This document shows positions 44,801-57,569 of a stretch of 64,000 nt of DNA, one piece after another. Source of the DNA: Phoronis australis (lineage: Eukaryota > Animalia > Phoronida). Below the pieces are notes generated by a model. It worked only from the letters and a program-made list of their open reading frames with translations. It was not told the origin of the DNA and did not search any database. The stretch lies in contig NMRA01000425.1 in assembly GCA_002633005.1 (NCBI GenBank), positions 130,728 to 194,727 of the forward strand, in the 5' to 3' direction. Position numbers and translations under genes: made by a program. Every line of letters begins with the position of its first letter. Position 1 is the stretch's first letter.

Positions 44801-47800
44801 ACGAAAACAAAAAACAGCATGCCAATGGTGTTAACGTGCTGTGCAATTAAAAATCAAAAAGAGGCAGTAAAAGCGACCACCTAAGAAATATGTTGAAAGT
44901 GGCAAATACCTGAGATGTGTCTAAAATCACCCTTGCACAATAATAACAATTATGCCGGAACAGTGACTAATCCCGTTATGCTGGGATAACGGAAATTTCT
45001 AAAGGCAAGTTTGAACTATGGGAATTACACTTCAGAGTACATTCAGATTTCCTCAACCCTTGAGCATCGCATGCAAATAAATACCGAGTCTGACTAGTCT
45101 TTTCTCCATGTTTATCCACAACTACATTTTATCAGTGATGGAGTATATACAGTATTGCCATACTATTAGGCCCAGCGGTGTCTGTGCAGACTTGCGAAAA
45201 TTAGGCGCATGTGCCAATACGTGAATTACTTGAGTAAAAAAAGCTACGAAAAAATGCATTATTTCGGATATAGTCCTATAGGCCTAAAGGCGTAGCAATA
45301 CAAATAAAACAAAACTATTTACCAAATTTATTAAAAATACACCAAGAAACTCCAAAGATACAGATAAGACGTAAACGTAAAAAATTGCCATTAGCAGGCA
45401 CAGTGGTAGTCGAAATGGTTGTGCCTATTTACAAATTAATATATGGGCCTATGCAGCAGACATTACCTGGGCTTATATGAAAGACCAAGGCATGTGTGCC
45501 AATAAGCAAACAGCTTGGGTAAAAGAAGGCCAAGAAAAGACATTATTATGGATATAAGCCTATGGGCCTAATGGCACGGCAATACGATGTGGCATGTGTT
45601 TTTGGAAGGACAAAGCAGCTTTACATGGCTTTAATAAAAGCAAATCCTTTCAAGCTTCAGTAACATAACGGACAACGAAGACAGAGCTTTCCTTTTCACG
45701 TAAGCTCAGACGAATCTCGTCTCATTGCAAGACTTTAGTTGTCACGGGCAACAGAAAAGGTGTATCCAATGCAATCCATACAACTTGTGTTGCTCATAGC
45801 TTCTTTGCCTTCGTGGAACACAGTGAAAAATGCAATCTCAGACAAGCACTGGTCGAAGAGGCTCTTTAAGGGTGTTCCCCACACTACTTACATTGGCCAC
45901 AATGCGCGCCTCCCCATACTGAGCCTCATAGAATAGCTCTCCCTTCTCAAGCAACTCGATAAGTTTAGTCTGGTCTTGCACCTGCTTTGTCAGGCTCTCC
46001 ACGAACTTTTCAATCTTTGTACACGACTCTTCAAAGTGCTTAGAGAATTCGTGGCCATGGGCTTTGTCTGAAATAACCACATGCTACGGTAAGGAAGTGT
46101 TCGTGCAGCCTTCCAAATTCACTCTCTCAACTATAGCTTCGCACTTAAAAATTACCCAAATTTTTCAACGTCAAATACAATTGAGCACAACATCGAACTG
46201 GCTTCAAAGCAGTTGATATTTTCTGTTACCGTGGAAATAAACTTTATATTTAGCGTTATTTTCTGAATCTCTGATCACAAAATGTCTTGCGTACAACTGT
46301 ACTTTCTTTTCACATAACCACTAAAGATAAAAACCTGGCAACATCGATCAAATTTATTCATGTGCTTTAGACTCAGCATTGCATACTATTTGACATTTCA
46401 GTCAAATTTTCATGTTTATTGGAGTTGGTGATTAGAGAACCCACTGGGCTATACCAATACCACGGAACAAGTAGACGATTAGAGAACCTACTGGGTTACA
46501 CCAATACCAGGGAACTAGTTAGCAGCTTCTTAACAGTCCTCACAGCAAAGTATTCTCAAAACAGCTATTGAAAAACAAAATGTTAATCAAAAATCCAGGT
46601 GCCTACAGTAGATTTTTTGAATTTAGTTCACAAACCAAATTCACCATCAACAACACTGTTAGCATCAGTCAAACCAAAATAATTTTGGAATCTACGAAGT
46701 TTGTGATAAGAGGAAAGTCATTGGTTCACTAATTCAAGACTGAATATGAAATGTTTTCTAATTCGTTGAAACATAAAGTAAACGCTGCTAGTTGGAGTGA
46801 TACTTCAACTAGAAAAAAACATATTCTACTTCCTTACAACAAGAGCAACGCAGAGCATTGAAATGTACCCATGAATGCACCACAGACGGTGTGCTTCTAC
46901 GGTTGTTTATTTGACTATAAAAATGGTCACTCGATGGCACAAAATACTTAGTTTGAATTCACCCAAAAATGGGAAAATGCCATCGTTTTTTAAATTGATA
47001 GCTATTTACCAAATTTCATTAAATCTTTCAAAAAACTTCAGAGAAACAAAGGAAAACGGAAGAAAATGAAATTGCCACTAGGGGGCACAGCATTCACCAT
47101 ATCCGTCTGAAAGTCGTCGTTGTTTGTTATTAACTTCATGTATACACTTACTAAGCTTAACAAAGATCCTCCAGTGGGTTTAGGAGATACAGCTAGGGGT
47201 GCAAAACAGAACAAAGATCCTCCAGTGGGTTTAGGAGATACAGCTAGGGGTGCAAAACAGAACAAAGATCCTCCAGTGGGTTTAGGAGATACAGCTAGGG
47301 GTGCAAAACAGAACAAAGCTGTAACCAGGAGATGAAATAGTAGTACAAGTCATCATCGTCAACCATCCTCTTAACACTGAGAACATATACGCCAATTTTC
47401 AAAATCATTTTTAGAATGGTTTGGTTGTTAGAGGAGTGGACTCGAAAACGGCACAAATGGTCACTAGGTGGTGCAAAATACCTTGAATTCATCCGAAAGC
47501 GGATGCTCAAATTTCAAATTTTATGAAAATCCATTGAGGACCTTTGAAGATACAGAAGTAAACATTAGAAACTAAAATTGCCACTAGGGGGCACATCGGT
47601 AGTCAGATCCATCTGAAAGTCGTCGTCGTCGTCCATTGTCAACTTCACATAAGCATACTTGCTAAATTTAGTAGACATCCTGCAGTGGGTTTAGGAGATA
47701 AAACCATGGGCGCAAAAAAACAAAACTGCCACTAGGAGGTGCCACTGTAGTCGAAGTCATCCGAAAATCATCGTCAGCCGTCCTAGTAAGAATAAACCTG

Positions 47801-50800
47801 CCAATTTTCACAATCATCCTTAGAGCAGTTTGGTTGATAGAGGAGCGGACGCCAAAAACAGTAAAAATGGCCATTAAGTGGCACAAAATACTTCGAATCC
47901 ATCTGAAAATGAGAGGATAGCGTCATTTCACTAATAAATGCCTATACGCCAAATTTTATGAAAATTCGTTGAGGAACTTCAAAGATACAGAGGTAAATGT
48001 AAAAAAGTAAAATTGCCACTAGGGGGCAAACCAGTAGTTGGATCCATCCGCAAGTTCGCTCATGCTGTTCCATTCATGAAAGGAAAATATGTGCAAAATA
48101 TCATGAACATACGTCAAAGGGTTTTGGAGATAGAGCAGCAAATGCTGGATGAACACCGGACAGACGCCAGCTGGACGGACGACAGCCGGACGGAGGGAGA
48201 TGGCACAATGCATCCACATATAAACATGTAGGCTTATAATAAAGGAAATGCTGCTAGTTAGAGTGATATTTCAACTAGAAAAAAATATTTTCTAATTTGT
48301 TGAAACTTCAAGTAAAGGCTGCTAGTTGGAGTTATGTTTAAACTAGAAAAAAACATAATGACAAAGAGGTATTACACACTGAAAAGGCAACAAAATAGCA
48401 AAAAATTAAATATATGAACAATATTTAAATTAAGTTTCACGTTGAACTCAAATCCAAAATGCGAAATTAAACTAACCAATCACGCCGTCTGTGCAACAAT
48501 TGCCACTTTTGTCGTATTGTGACGCTATTCAGAACATGCAGATTTATTGTATTTGTTACAAAAAATTTGGGCGACAGAAACCAAGCAAATTGTGTAATAT
48601 GCACTGTATACATAGTACAAAGTCATAAACAGTCTTGAACTCCACACGCATAGTCCCATAGAAAAAATGCAGGTGTGAATTAATTCATCTGTAATTATTG
48701 CATGGGAAAGGACCAGGTGTGTTAATGGTGAAAACAGGCTAAGTAGCTCATTACAACCAAAGGCTGAGAAGAATTTATCCATCAATATCAAAGATATGTT
48801 TGTCTCGGGTTCCTCAAAACATGAAACTTTTACACAGGCCAGAACATTTCGCAGGAACTGAAATGATCATTGCCAAAGCTTGCAGCTCGCATGACAAGAC
48901 ACAAATACACAGTGGAGTCAGCTTTCTGACCCAAGACTGAAAGAGATCACTAGGGTGCAGCACCTACCTTTCAGCTGTCGCACAGCCTCCAAGTCAGAGG
49001 CGTCGAGCCTCAGCGTAGACAGCTGCCTCTGTTTGAACTCGACCTCATTCTCAAACGTCTTGAACTTGTTGACTGTATCTATTAGCACTGACGGCTGCGT
49101 AAACATGAGAACAATAAGTAAAGGAACAATAAAGCCACTGTAAATGAACTGGTTTTTTAATCACCATGTTTGCCCCTGCTTTACACCGGCAGCACTCTAC
49201 ACTCTAAAAACGCAGGCACACCTGTGACTAACAGTACATGATCTGGTGTTTAATCACCATGTTAGCCCCTGCATTACACTGGCAGCACTCTGCACTCTAC
49301 AAACGTAGGCACACCTGTGACTAACAGTACATGATCTGTATTCAGCCAGCGCTTCAGTTTACTGAAGGACGTGAAGATGTGAACATCAGTGCAACTACCT
49401 AAGCTTACACAGACATTGGTGTTCTAGGCTAAATTATCCACATTTGACTGCTTGTAAGCGTCTACCAGCCGATTAATGAAATGCTACGGGCATTAAACCA
49501 GAGAAACGTGGTAGAATACAGGACAAATGTGGTAGAATACAGGACAAATGTGGTAGAATACAGGACAAATGTGGTAGAATACAGGACAAATGTGGTAGAA
49601 TACAGGACAAATGTGGTAGAATACAGGACAAATGTGGTAGAATACAGGACAAATGTGGTAGAATACAGGACAAAAGTAATCAGACAAAAATACTGTTTCC
49701 TTGTTATTACGGTTAATTATGTTTACATCAAAACTGACAGGTAATGACGGAGGATTCTGCATCATCTTGTCTGAATACCTTTGGCCTGTACTGTAACTAA
49801 ATACCTTTGGCCTGTAATGTAACTGACTAAACGACCAGGGCAATATAGCTACAAAGTAAGTTGACCACATGGAATAATTCAAACTCACGAGTACTGACCC
49901 TGAATTCCCATTTCCAAAATTAGACAAACCCGTTTCAGCAAACTTAAAAATCCGTTCTTTTCTGTTTCAAACATTAGTAAATTGCGTTTTACAATGTCAC
50001 AGTGATTAATGCCTCTGTTTCTGTGGCTGAATTATGTCACAACTCTTCATTATTATTAAGTTGCTGCATGCACTCTTCATTGTTTTTCAAAAGGAACAGC
50101 GCCACCTTCAGACAGAATGAACAGTCTGATGCAAAACAATCATCAATAAATTTGTGGCCAAATTGTGGAATTTCATGGATTATATTTATAATTTTTGGTA
50201 ATTAGAAAATACACATATTTTTATTATGGTACCTGTTAATAAAATATTGAATTCTATTCAAAAACATCAAATTCTGTGTTCCTCAACTTTTGTCAGCCAT
50301 TCCATACTTACTTTGAACTCTGCAATGATTTTGGAGTTTGCACTGGTCCGCTTCATGGTATCAACTGAAGAAGACAAGAACACCAGGTGTCAAGGTTGTT
50401 GAAAACGAGAGATTTGAGGGAATGTCAGGTCAAAATTTGTAATCAATAATTGGTTTTACTAGAAGACAAATCCTACAAGAAGTTAAGTTGCAATCATGAG
50501 TACAATGAAAAAGCTCAAGGTCTCCTATACACACCCTAAGATATGTATTTTTTCATTACCCAGTAACTCCTTCAGTTCTTCAACAAATCCTCCCTTGTAC
50601 ACGTTCCTCTCATCCCAGATGTTCAACATGCGCTCTAGATTGGGGCGTATCGATGCATCCCTACAAAAAAATAAATTCGAAAACAGTCAGTCCTTTTCAT
50701 GACTTAAAGCTCCGCATTTACAAGACAAAAGTAGGTCAACACAACGACCCAGAGTCCCCCCCCCATGACAGCTAGGCTGAAGCCAAATTCACCGTCAGAG

Positions 50801-52697
50801 TTGTCTCCCCTCATGAGTGACAATGACCGGGCATTAACAGAATAGTTAGTACACTGACTCATTCTGTAAATAGACTGTCCCCGCCCTAATAGTTATTACC
50901 AGTCACTTTTGTTGTAAACAGAATTAGCCATCATGATGGACAAAAGGTATTTTGTCTGATTACTTTTGTCTTTAACTGTATCTTTTGTGACCATCAATTG
51001 TTCCTTATAGTACAGAAGATGGACTAAAAGTATTGAGTGCAGCATTAGTATTCACTAAGAAGACTGTATAGCTAATTACAATGAACATTCGCTGGTTTTT
51101 CCTCAATAACACAAAAAGCAATTGAATTTAACGAAATTGTCATTTTTCAAATACAATGTAACAGCTTGCTCAGGCGTTGCCTCATGATGAAGCACCATCT
51201 GGTGCTAAGAAAACACCAGAGTGGCAATTGGCCACTTGAGTAAAATCCCAGGCCACCAATTCAAAGTTCAGCTCGCCAAAAATGTTCAGTTCTGCAAATA
51301 TGCAAAAAGTTGTCTCACTTGAAAGCAGCTCTTGATAATCGGCTTGGACGACAGAGAGCTGAAATCAAAACTCTTGGACAAACTTTTGCCCAAGTTGGAA
51401 CTCTTTTTTCTTGGAAAATTATAGAAAAATGATCAGAAAATGACAAAAAAGTTCAAGTACTATAGTAAGTATGTTATAACCATTTTCCTAAAAATCTAAA
51501 ATCTCAATAAAAAGTGCAAACACACCCCTTGAAAACAGCAACAATCAATGGAATTTCATAGAGACAATCACGATGACTTTGCTTGTTGCAGCATCATGAA
51601 CTTTTTTACTCACTAACATACATTCAAATTTGGTGTGATGTCATGAAATGGGTGAAGCTATGACAGGCCAGTAATAACAAATGAGATTTGACCCTGATTT
51701 TGATTGGACCGGATACTTATAATGTATATAATTCATCGCATACAACCATCGTGAACTTGTTCCACAAAGAAAGGCATGCATGTATTTTAGTGACTGTTGT
51801 ATCGGGAAAAGTTCAAAGTTGTTACCTATTTTCCTACAAAACACCATGAGGTGGAAAATATAAGAATTTGAGGTTGCATTTATTGAGCTGAATTATCAAA
51901 ATTTGCATTTGGTGCGCAAGGTTCCAGCTGAGGTTACCACCACATGGGTGGCGCAGCACTGAAAAAAGTGGGGGGCTAAAGCCCCCTCAGCCCCCCTGTG
52001 GTACACTGCCCATAGACAACGTGTGGCGTAGCACTGAAAAAAGTGGGGTGGCTAAAGCCCCCCCCAGCCCCCAATGGTGCGCCGCCCATGCACCAACAAC
52101 CTGCATTTAACTTGCCAAGTTGACCCTGAAATGCATATGGAGGCTATACCTGACAAAAACAATAGCGTCCTTCAGTACAGACTTGAAAGCCAACAGGTAG
52201 ATCTTAGCATTCTTCCTTTTGCAGTTCTGTAGCACGTCATTGGCCAGGTAGAACAATGTCAGCCGGTGCTGGATCTTGGCTGAAAGTGAAACACATGTAA
52301 ATAACGACAACCTACACTCAAACAAATAAACACTGATGACACTGTGCAATTCTATGAACTTCTAAGCATTTTAGAAAGGAAGGACCTGGTCATGACTTAC
52401 TCACTGAAAACATAGTAATAGTCATAGTATAGATTGTTTGGTTTTGGTACCGTAGTCATCCATGATACATCAATGGCAATGCCGTAACTCCACCTTACCT
52501 TTTTTCAAAACCTTGAACCACACATGCGTGACTTTCTGACAATGTGATTTGTGGTGTATCAGCCACAAAGATAAAGTCTGTATGCTGTCTTGTCTGTTTG
52601 TAACACCAAGCAACCTTTTCTCAAGATTACTTTCAAAATTTTCAACAGGCGACAAGGGAGTGTTCGAGCCAGAATCCGTAGGCGAGTACGACGCCAT
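36553..52697 (-). CDS. RPRD2: Regulation of nuclear pre-mRNA domain-containing protein 2-like (CID + CREPT coiled coil + long low-complexity tail), whole gene
   Basis: Exons 52499-52697, 52150-52279, 50560-50660, 50312-50364, 48968-49094, 45892-46067, 44474-44795, 43463-43534, 36553-38891 join in phase (3519 nt, 1172 aa). CID motifs [41 protein letters not shown]; IVANAYKNFG; PSADAPSP; TPVKDE/TPTQDE. Confidence 0.93.
39652..39724. repeat. 14-bp tandem repeat x5 (AAACATGATCCTGC)
   Basis: Direct tandem units. Confidence 0.95.
40057..40392. mobile_element. MITE with CAGGGCCCTC ends and 5-bp TSD GAATG
   Basis: gaatg|cagggccctc ... gagggctctg|gaatg; repeated ttcccc subterminal motifs. Confidence 0.75.
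41902..42217. repeat. 40-bp minisatellite, about 8 copies
   Basis: Unit TAGTGTGTTAAGGTACAGCACAAGACTAGATCTCCATTTG; one copy has a 4-bp deletion. Confidence 0.95.
42863..43166 (+). mobile_element. tRNA-derived SINE with internal triplication of a ~31-bp unit
   Basis: A-box TGGCCTAGTGG, B-box GGTTCGAGTCC, (gagtcccactgtggcacactgctagaccctt)x3, (ATT)n tail. Confidence 0.75.
43463..43534 (-). CDS. RPRD2: RPRD2 small exon (72 nt)
   Basis: Poly-T cag acceptor, gtaagt donor, phase 1-1; [23 protein letters not shown]. Confidence 0.8.
44474..44795 (-). CDS. RPRD2: RPRD2 exon
   Basis: [16 protein letters not shown]...PSADAPSP...DMELSD; cag|...|gtgagt. Confidence 0.92.
45892..46067 (-). CDS. RPRD2: RPRD2 exon
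   Basis: [16 protein letters not shown]...[14 protein letters not shown]; cag|...|gtaagt. Confidence 0.92.
46838..48243 (-). mobile_element. Non-autonomous Helentron/HINE (DINE-1-like) element with internal satellite units
   Basis: Minus strand starts in a T-rich end, has a degenerate (GTCC)n/(CGTC)n microsatellite near 48157..48195, long internal repeats marked by aaattgccactagggggc, a 51-bp unit x3 at 47159..47318, and ends ...GCTCTTGTT. It sits between copies of a flanking gctgctagttggagt repeat. Confidence 0.7.
48968..49094 (-). CDS. RPRD2: RPRD2 exon
   Basis: [42 protein letters not shown]; cag|...|gtaggt. Confidence 0.92.
49150..49338. repeat. Tandem duplication of a ~93-bp unit
   Basis: tttaatcaccatgtt.gcccctgc...ggcacacctgtgactaacagtacatgatctg present twice. 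Confidence 0.9.
49505..49673. repeat. 21-bp minisatellite x8 (AATGTGGTAGAATACAGGACA)
   Basis: Direct tandem units. Confidence 0.95.
50312..50364 (-). CDS. RPRD2: RPRD2 exon (53 nt)
   Basis: [17 protein letters not shown]; cttcttcag|...|gtaagt; required for phase. Confidence 0.88.
50560..50660 (-). CDS. RPRD2: RPRD2 exon
   Basis: [33 protein letters not shown]; tag|...|gtaatg. Confidence 0.92.
51943..52090 (+). mobile_element. CATGGGCGGCGCA-family MITE dimer, 5-bp TSD CACCA
   Basis: cacca|catgggtggcgcagc...ggtgcgccgcccatg|cacca; two head-to-tail gcactgaaaaaagtgggg..gctaaagcccc units. Confidence 0.85.
52150..52279 (-). CDS. RPRD2: RPRD2 exon 2 (CID)
   Basis: [26 protein letters not shown]...; cag|...|gtatag. 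Confidence 0.94.
52499..52697 (-). CDS. RPRD2: RPRD2 first coding exon (CID)
   Basis: MASYSP...[30 protein letters not shown]...WFKVLKK|gtaagg. Confidence 0.93.
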
Positions 52698-53198
52698 ATT
52701 TCAGTTACAAATTAGACACTGTGTAGGTCAATAGAGTTGCATCATTTGTAATGCGGAGTACCCAAACATCTTAACATGCGTGACGTTGTTTGCAACACGA
52801 TGACGATTCCGGGGCCTTTTTCACGTCAGGCGTCGTGGGACGAGGACTTCAGCTTGTAAATAACTTCCAGATAAAGCACACTGTTACGTTAGCCCACTAA
52901 GAATGACCCCACGAAATGCAAAAAGTCTGCTGTTCGCAGACGACAGTTTCGTTAATCCGAAAAAGGTACACAAACACAATAGGCAATCTGCAAAATCGCT
53001 TCGCTCGTTTTCTCGTCCACCATGTTGGATTTTACACTCGTGTAGGTACGTGTGTTTCCGCAACGTATACATTTTCTTTGATTGGATATGATTATATTTT
53101 TGAGTGCCATAAAAAGACTATTTTGACGTTTATAATATACATGTGGTGAAAAGCTATCCGATTAGTTAATCTTAAAAAAAAAATTTTTCGTTTATTGG

Positions 53199-53211
53199 CC
53201 AGCAGATGGCG
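53199..53211 (+). promoter_or_regulatory. CTCF-consensus-like motif upstream of RPRD2
   Basis: CCAGCAGATGGCG fits the CTCF core CCASYAGRKGGCR; about 500 bp 5' of the start codon. Motif match only. Confidence 0.35.
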
Positions 53212-53836
53212 TACCAAACCAGTTTCAGACAAAATGGTCGATAAGGCCTGCGTTCACTGTTGCACAACCCGTACTCGATCTTAGCATAGAACTCTTGAGC
53301 TCTGGAATGCCGACTTCATTTTCGATACTCAGTCAACGACATCAAGACTCCTATTAAAGGAATACTGCAATGCGCCGTGCATATGTGGAATTTTCTTTGC
53401 ATTCTTTTGTTCCGGTGTACGTTCATGCTGTGAAATTTATTGTCACAACCTTTCGCAACTCCGCCATGTGCATAGGAGTCGTTACATTAGAGAGCCCTAC
53501 TTCTTGATGGTGTATGTTTATACCAGCAAAGGACAGATAATTCATAATTACATGCACGCACTCGGGGAGCTCGAAGAAGCCCTCCCCCGCCTCAGAGAAA
53601 CTCAGAAAATAGAAAACAAGACAGAAGTTCACTAAAAAGGCAGGAAATACCATAATTAGGCGAATGCATTGACAGGCTCGATGAACCTTCCCCGTGAATC
53701 TTAGTAAAAGGTCTACATTTTCAAAAATTCGAGCCCCTTCCCCATTTTTGGCTGGGTGCGCGTTATTATCAGTTCTAAAATCAAGAGTGTTAAAATTCGA
53801 AAAATAACGGTGTAACAGTAACATAAAAAGGAAATT

Positions 53837-53929
53837 AATGAACCAGGGAGGTTGTGTAAATGAACCAGGGAGGTTGCGTAAAAGAACTAGGGAAGTTGCG
53901 TAAATGAAGCAGGGAGGTTGTGTAAATGA
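53837..53929. repeat. 22-bp tandem repeat x4 (AAATGAACCAGGGAGGTTGTGT)
   Basis: Direct tandem units. Confidence 0.9.
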
Positions 53930-56900
53930 CTAAAACCAACAGGAAAATAATGTCAATTATTCAAAGATTTCTATCGGGTCCCTATAAAGACAAAGATTGT
54001 AGAATATGGACCCGGTCTCACAGTTGAGGTCATTGGACCTTTGATGCTGCTTGATACAATTGCATTCTTCAATAAAAAATTTAGGATGCACTTACATTTA
54101 CAAAGATGTGGTAAACTCCAAATATCCATTCGAAATTTGCAGAAAAGGGTGTTTTGATAGACAAAAAATGGCAAACATCTATTACCTAGCTTTGAAATGT
54201 TCTGTGGATATCTAATTATACTGGTTGCATAGTAAATTTTCCATAGAAACTGAGAAATAAATTAATTTGTTCAGAACCTAAGAATTAGTGATATGCAGTG
54301 CTTGTTGCCGTAAACAAGACATATTATTTGAACACATGTTTATGATTGCTATGGTGACTAAAAGAAAGTGGACTCTAGAAAATAACATTGGTAACAAAGT
54401 AACTATATTTTTGAACACCTCATGCATCGTTCGTCGCGAGGCAACTCAGTGTGTTGAAAGGCGGGACATTCAGATAAAAGCGGGACATCTGGGTCTAATT
54501 CAAAACGCAAGAGCGAAGTGTTCGCCGCTGCACACAAAAACGTCCCGGTTGTCGAACGAGAGATGTAACAATCCACGGCCTTTTTCATTTTAGTGGAATG
54601 GAAAATTGCGGATGCCTAAATTTACGCCCATGAAACGTCCCGTTTTTTAAGACGAACAGGTCGTGTAGTGGGAGGGCGGGAACAGTCCGCCAAGAGAGGG
54701 CAATGGTGTGCTGTCAGCAACATGAAAGTGTTGGACTGGTTCAAGGGAATAGGTAAATACTATGGATAACAAAAAACTAATTGGGAACAGAATAAACTTT
54801 GAACACGCCCATGAAACTCTGAGTACGCACCGAATGGAGGGCGTTTGTTTCCTGTCGGAGAACCCGCGATCGCCTACGCGTTTTATTTACGGGGTAACTT
54901 TGTGTTCGTCCTTACCGAAATGTTGTCTGCAGCAAAACTGAGAAAGTCAAACCGGCGAGGAAACCAGTCATAGTGTCCATTATGTGCATTGGAGAAAAAG
55001 ACACCATGAAAGGCGAGAAGTACACGCCAACGTAATTTGTAGGCTATGTACTAAAGTGTGTAAACCAATCGCACCGCGTACAATGGGTGTACCAGACACC
55101 CCGCTAACAAAATTATCCGCACAGTTTCATACAGACTAAACTTTCAGTTTTGCTGAAAAAAAACGCACTTCACGTCCGGTCTCAAGTTGCTCTCGCATGC
55201 ATTTTCCGAAAAAATTGTCTGGGTTAAACAAAAGATAGAGGGCGCTTTTCAGTAACATTTGCGAATTACCATTGCCCTACATCAACTTTAGTCAAGTTCT
55301 CGTGTTTATTTTTTATTATTTTTTTTTGAAAAGTTGCTCAAAGGCATGTAAATAAGGGTAAACAAGGTTTGAAATGCCGCGATTTGCCCCGTGATAAGTA
55401 AAAAAGAAACAGATCACGCGTCATTTTTGATCGTTCAGGATTTTTTTGAAAAAGTCACTAACTAAAAATATCGCATCACCAACTTGACAGAGACCAGAAC
55501 CAAACATGCTTTTGGCCTTATCAGAGTTGCTTTGGCATTGTCAGATTTTGAAATATCTATCCCATCCCCCCCAAAAATGATCATCATTTGGTGTTCAAGA
55601 CACTTTCCATGACTAACTCCAGCAGTCAGTTGCACTTTTCTAACCTCGCAAACGTTTGCTTCTCATGTAGAAAAATTGGCTTTCCTATTCAAGTAGATGA
55701 CTTCCCATAGAAAAAAACGATTGGAAGAGGGCGCACCTGTATCAATAAAGGCATGCCAGATGAGGCTATGTTTGACAGTGGAGACCTATGTTTGTATAGA
55801 TGGACCTGGTCTGGTGGACACACTTGTCCAACGGAGATCTAACAGCTCTCGCAGCTCTGGCGGGCACACCCATACAATCCGGCTGGTACATCTACATAAT
55901 TACCGGATATTTTCCGAAAATAGGCACAGGGACATACATTAGGAGACGACGTTTCAAATACGACACGTCCGGGCGTATTTTCGAAAAGGAGACGTATTTT
56001 CGGAAACTGAGTCACACGTTTTTTTGATGCAGTTTAAATCAAACGTTTCTAATGCATGTAGTGGCACCCAATATCTCGTTAAAAGATAGTCATTTGAGTG
56101 ATATCGATATATCGCAATAGAATGTCTTGCTAAATCAATAAATCGAAATATCGCAACAGAATGTCTTGCTAAGTCAACAAATTTTCAGTCTCCCATATTT
56201 ACAGTAAAGTTAATCAGCCATTGAAAGGTATAAAGATGACAGTAACCTTTGCAACATTTTAGTGAAATAAGAACTAGAAGAATTACGATAAGGATAATTT
56301 ATTCATTCACGTCCATCCACTCAAGAACTGACTTGCTGTACTAATAGGTTAACTAAGCTTTGAACGAGAAGTTGAAACTTATCTACGAATTCGTAGTGTT
56401 TCCGGAAAAGGATTTGCAATCATATGATACCTCCTAACCACCGTGGCAAAACCTACATATAGGCATCAAATAGATGTTGCAATGCCGTGCAGTTACCGAC
56501 GAATAAAATATAACACACCCTTGAGAAAGAGCGCAACGCTCGATACGTGGGGATATTTTAATATAATTTAATATATTTTAGTACCGACGCTCGTCATTTT
56601 AATTTTACTAGTTTTACTATTTTATACATATAGGCATATATACTTATACCAAGTCAATGTTAAAAATTTGACTCACTTTACTATCGCTACCTGGCTGTTT
56701 GTGTTCCAATCCGTTTTTAAGTCCAGGACTCGCATGATGAGTTTGCATAGATACAGAGCAGTGAAATCTGTAATCTAGCCACACGTGAACTATAGGTGAC
56801 GCTGAAGATTGTCCCGCAAAGTTTCTATCGACATGTAGCAACGGTCACGTTCTATTGTGAAGCCACTCACTTTGGAAGAAGGCTACCAGCTAACATAGCG

Positions 56901-57210
56901 TATCAGATTCTATACAATAAGGTATTGTCAAATATGACTAAATAGGCAGTTACTCCTGAATCTCCTCAGTCTCGTTTATTTAAAATGGAAACGTTATAAA
57001 AACTTCTAGTCCAGCTTTTAGTGACAAGTCTAAAAGTTTAAGTGTGACAGTCGTTTACCGGTCGCAGTGTTGGCGCTGAAACTATTCGCAACTTTTCTGT
57101 TCTTGTTCCTGGCTGGCGGTTCTTGAAAATAAAAAATGTACATAGGCAAAGCAAAGCTGTCCTACCTGTAAAGGCCTGTTATTGTCAACTAGACAAGAAA
57201 TCCTACATAC

Positions 57211-57211
<1 letters not shown>

Positions 57212-57270
<59 letters not shown>

Positions 57271-57300
57271 TGTGCCGTGCGTGTGTGGGTGAGTGCGTGT
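57212..57300. repeat. (GT)n microsatellite
   Basis: About 28 perfect GT units, then degenerate. Confidence 0.97.
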
Positions 57301-57569
57301 CATGGTAGAATGTGCATGTGCACAGTTTCACTGACATTGATAAAGAATGACAAATTTGGAGAACAATATATATAGGCCCTAATGTCAACATTGTCGAAAG
57401 ACTACCTGTGTCTCTGTATCACAGCTGACACGTGCCGCTTCCCGGCCCCAATAAAGCCTTGATATGGTTTTGTGACTGTTATAACAAGTTATATATTTGC
57501 ATTGTGGATGTGGGAATTTCATCATTGATTCTACTTTCATGCGCATTCTTGGGTGTTATTCCAATTTCT

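Noticed and set aside
47038-47335. ORFs with 17-aa repeats; also 49473..49927 with 7-aa repeats
   Set aside because: Translations of intronic minisatellites.
51181-51215. TGATGA-hairpin-GAAA hammerhead-like motif
   Set aside because: Lacks the conserved C of CUGA, has extra bases before GAAA, and no stems I or III can be formed.
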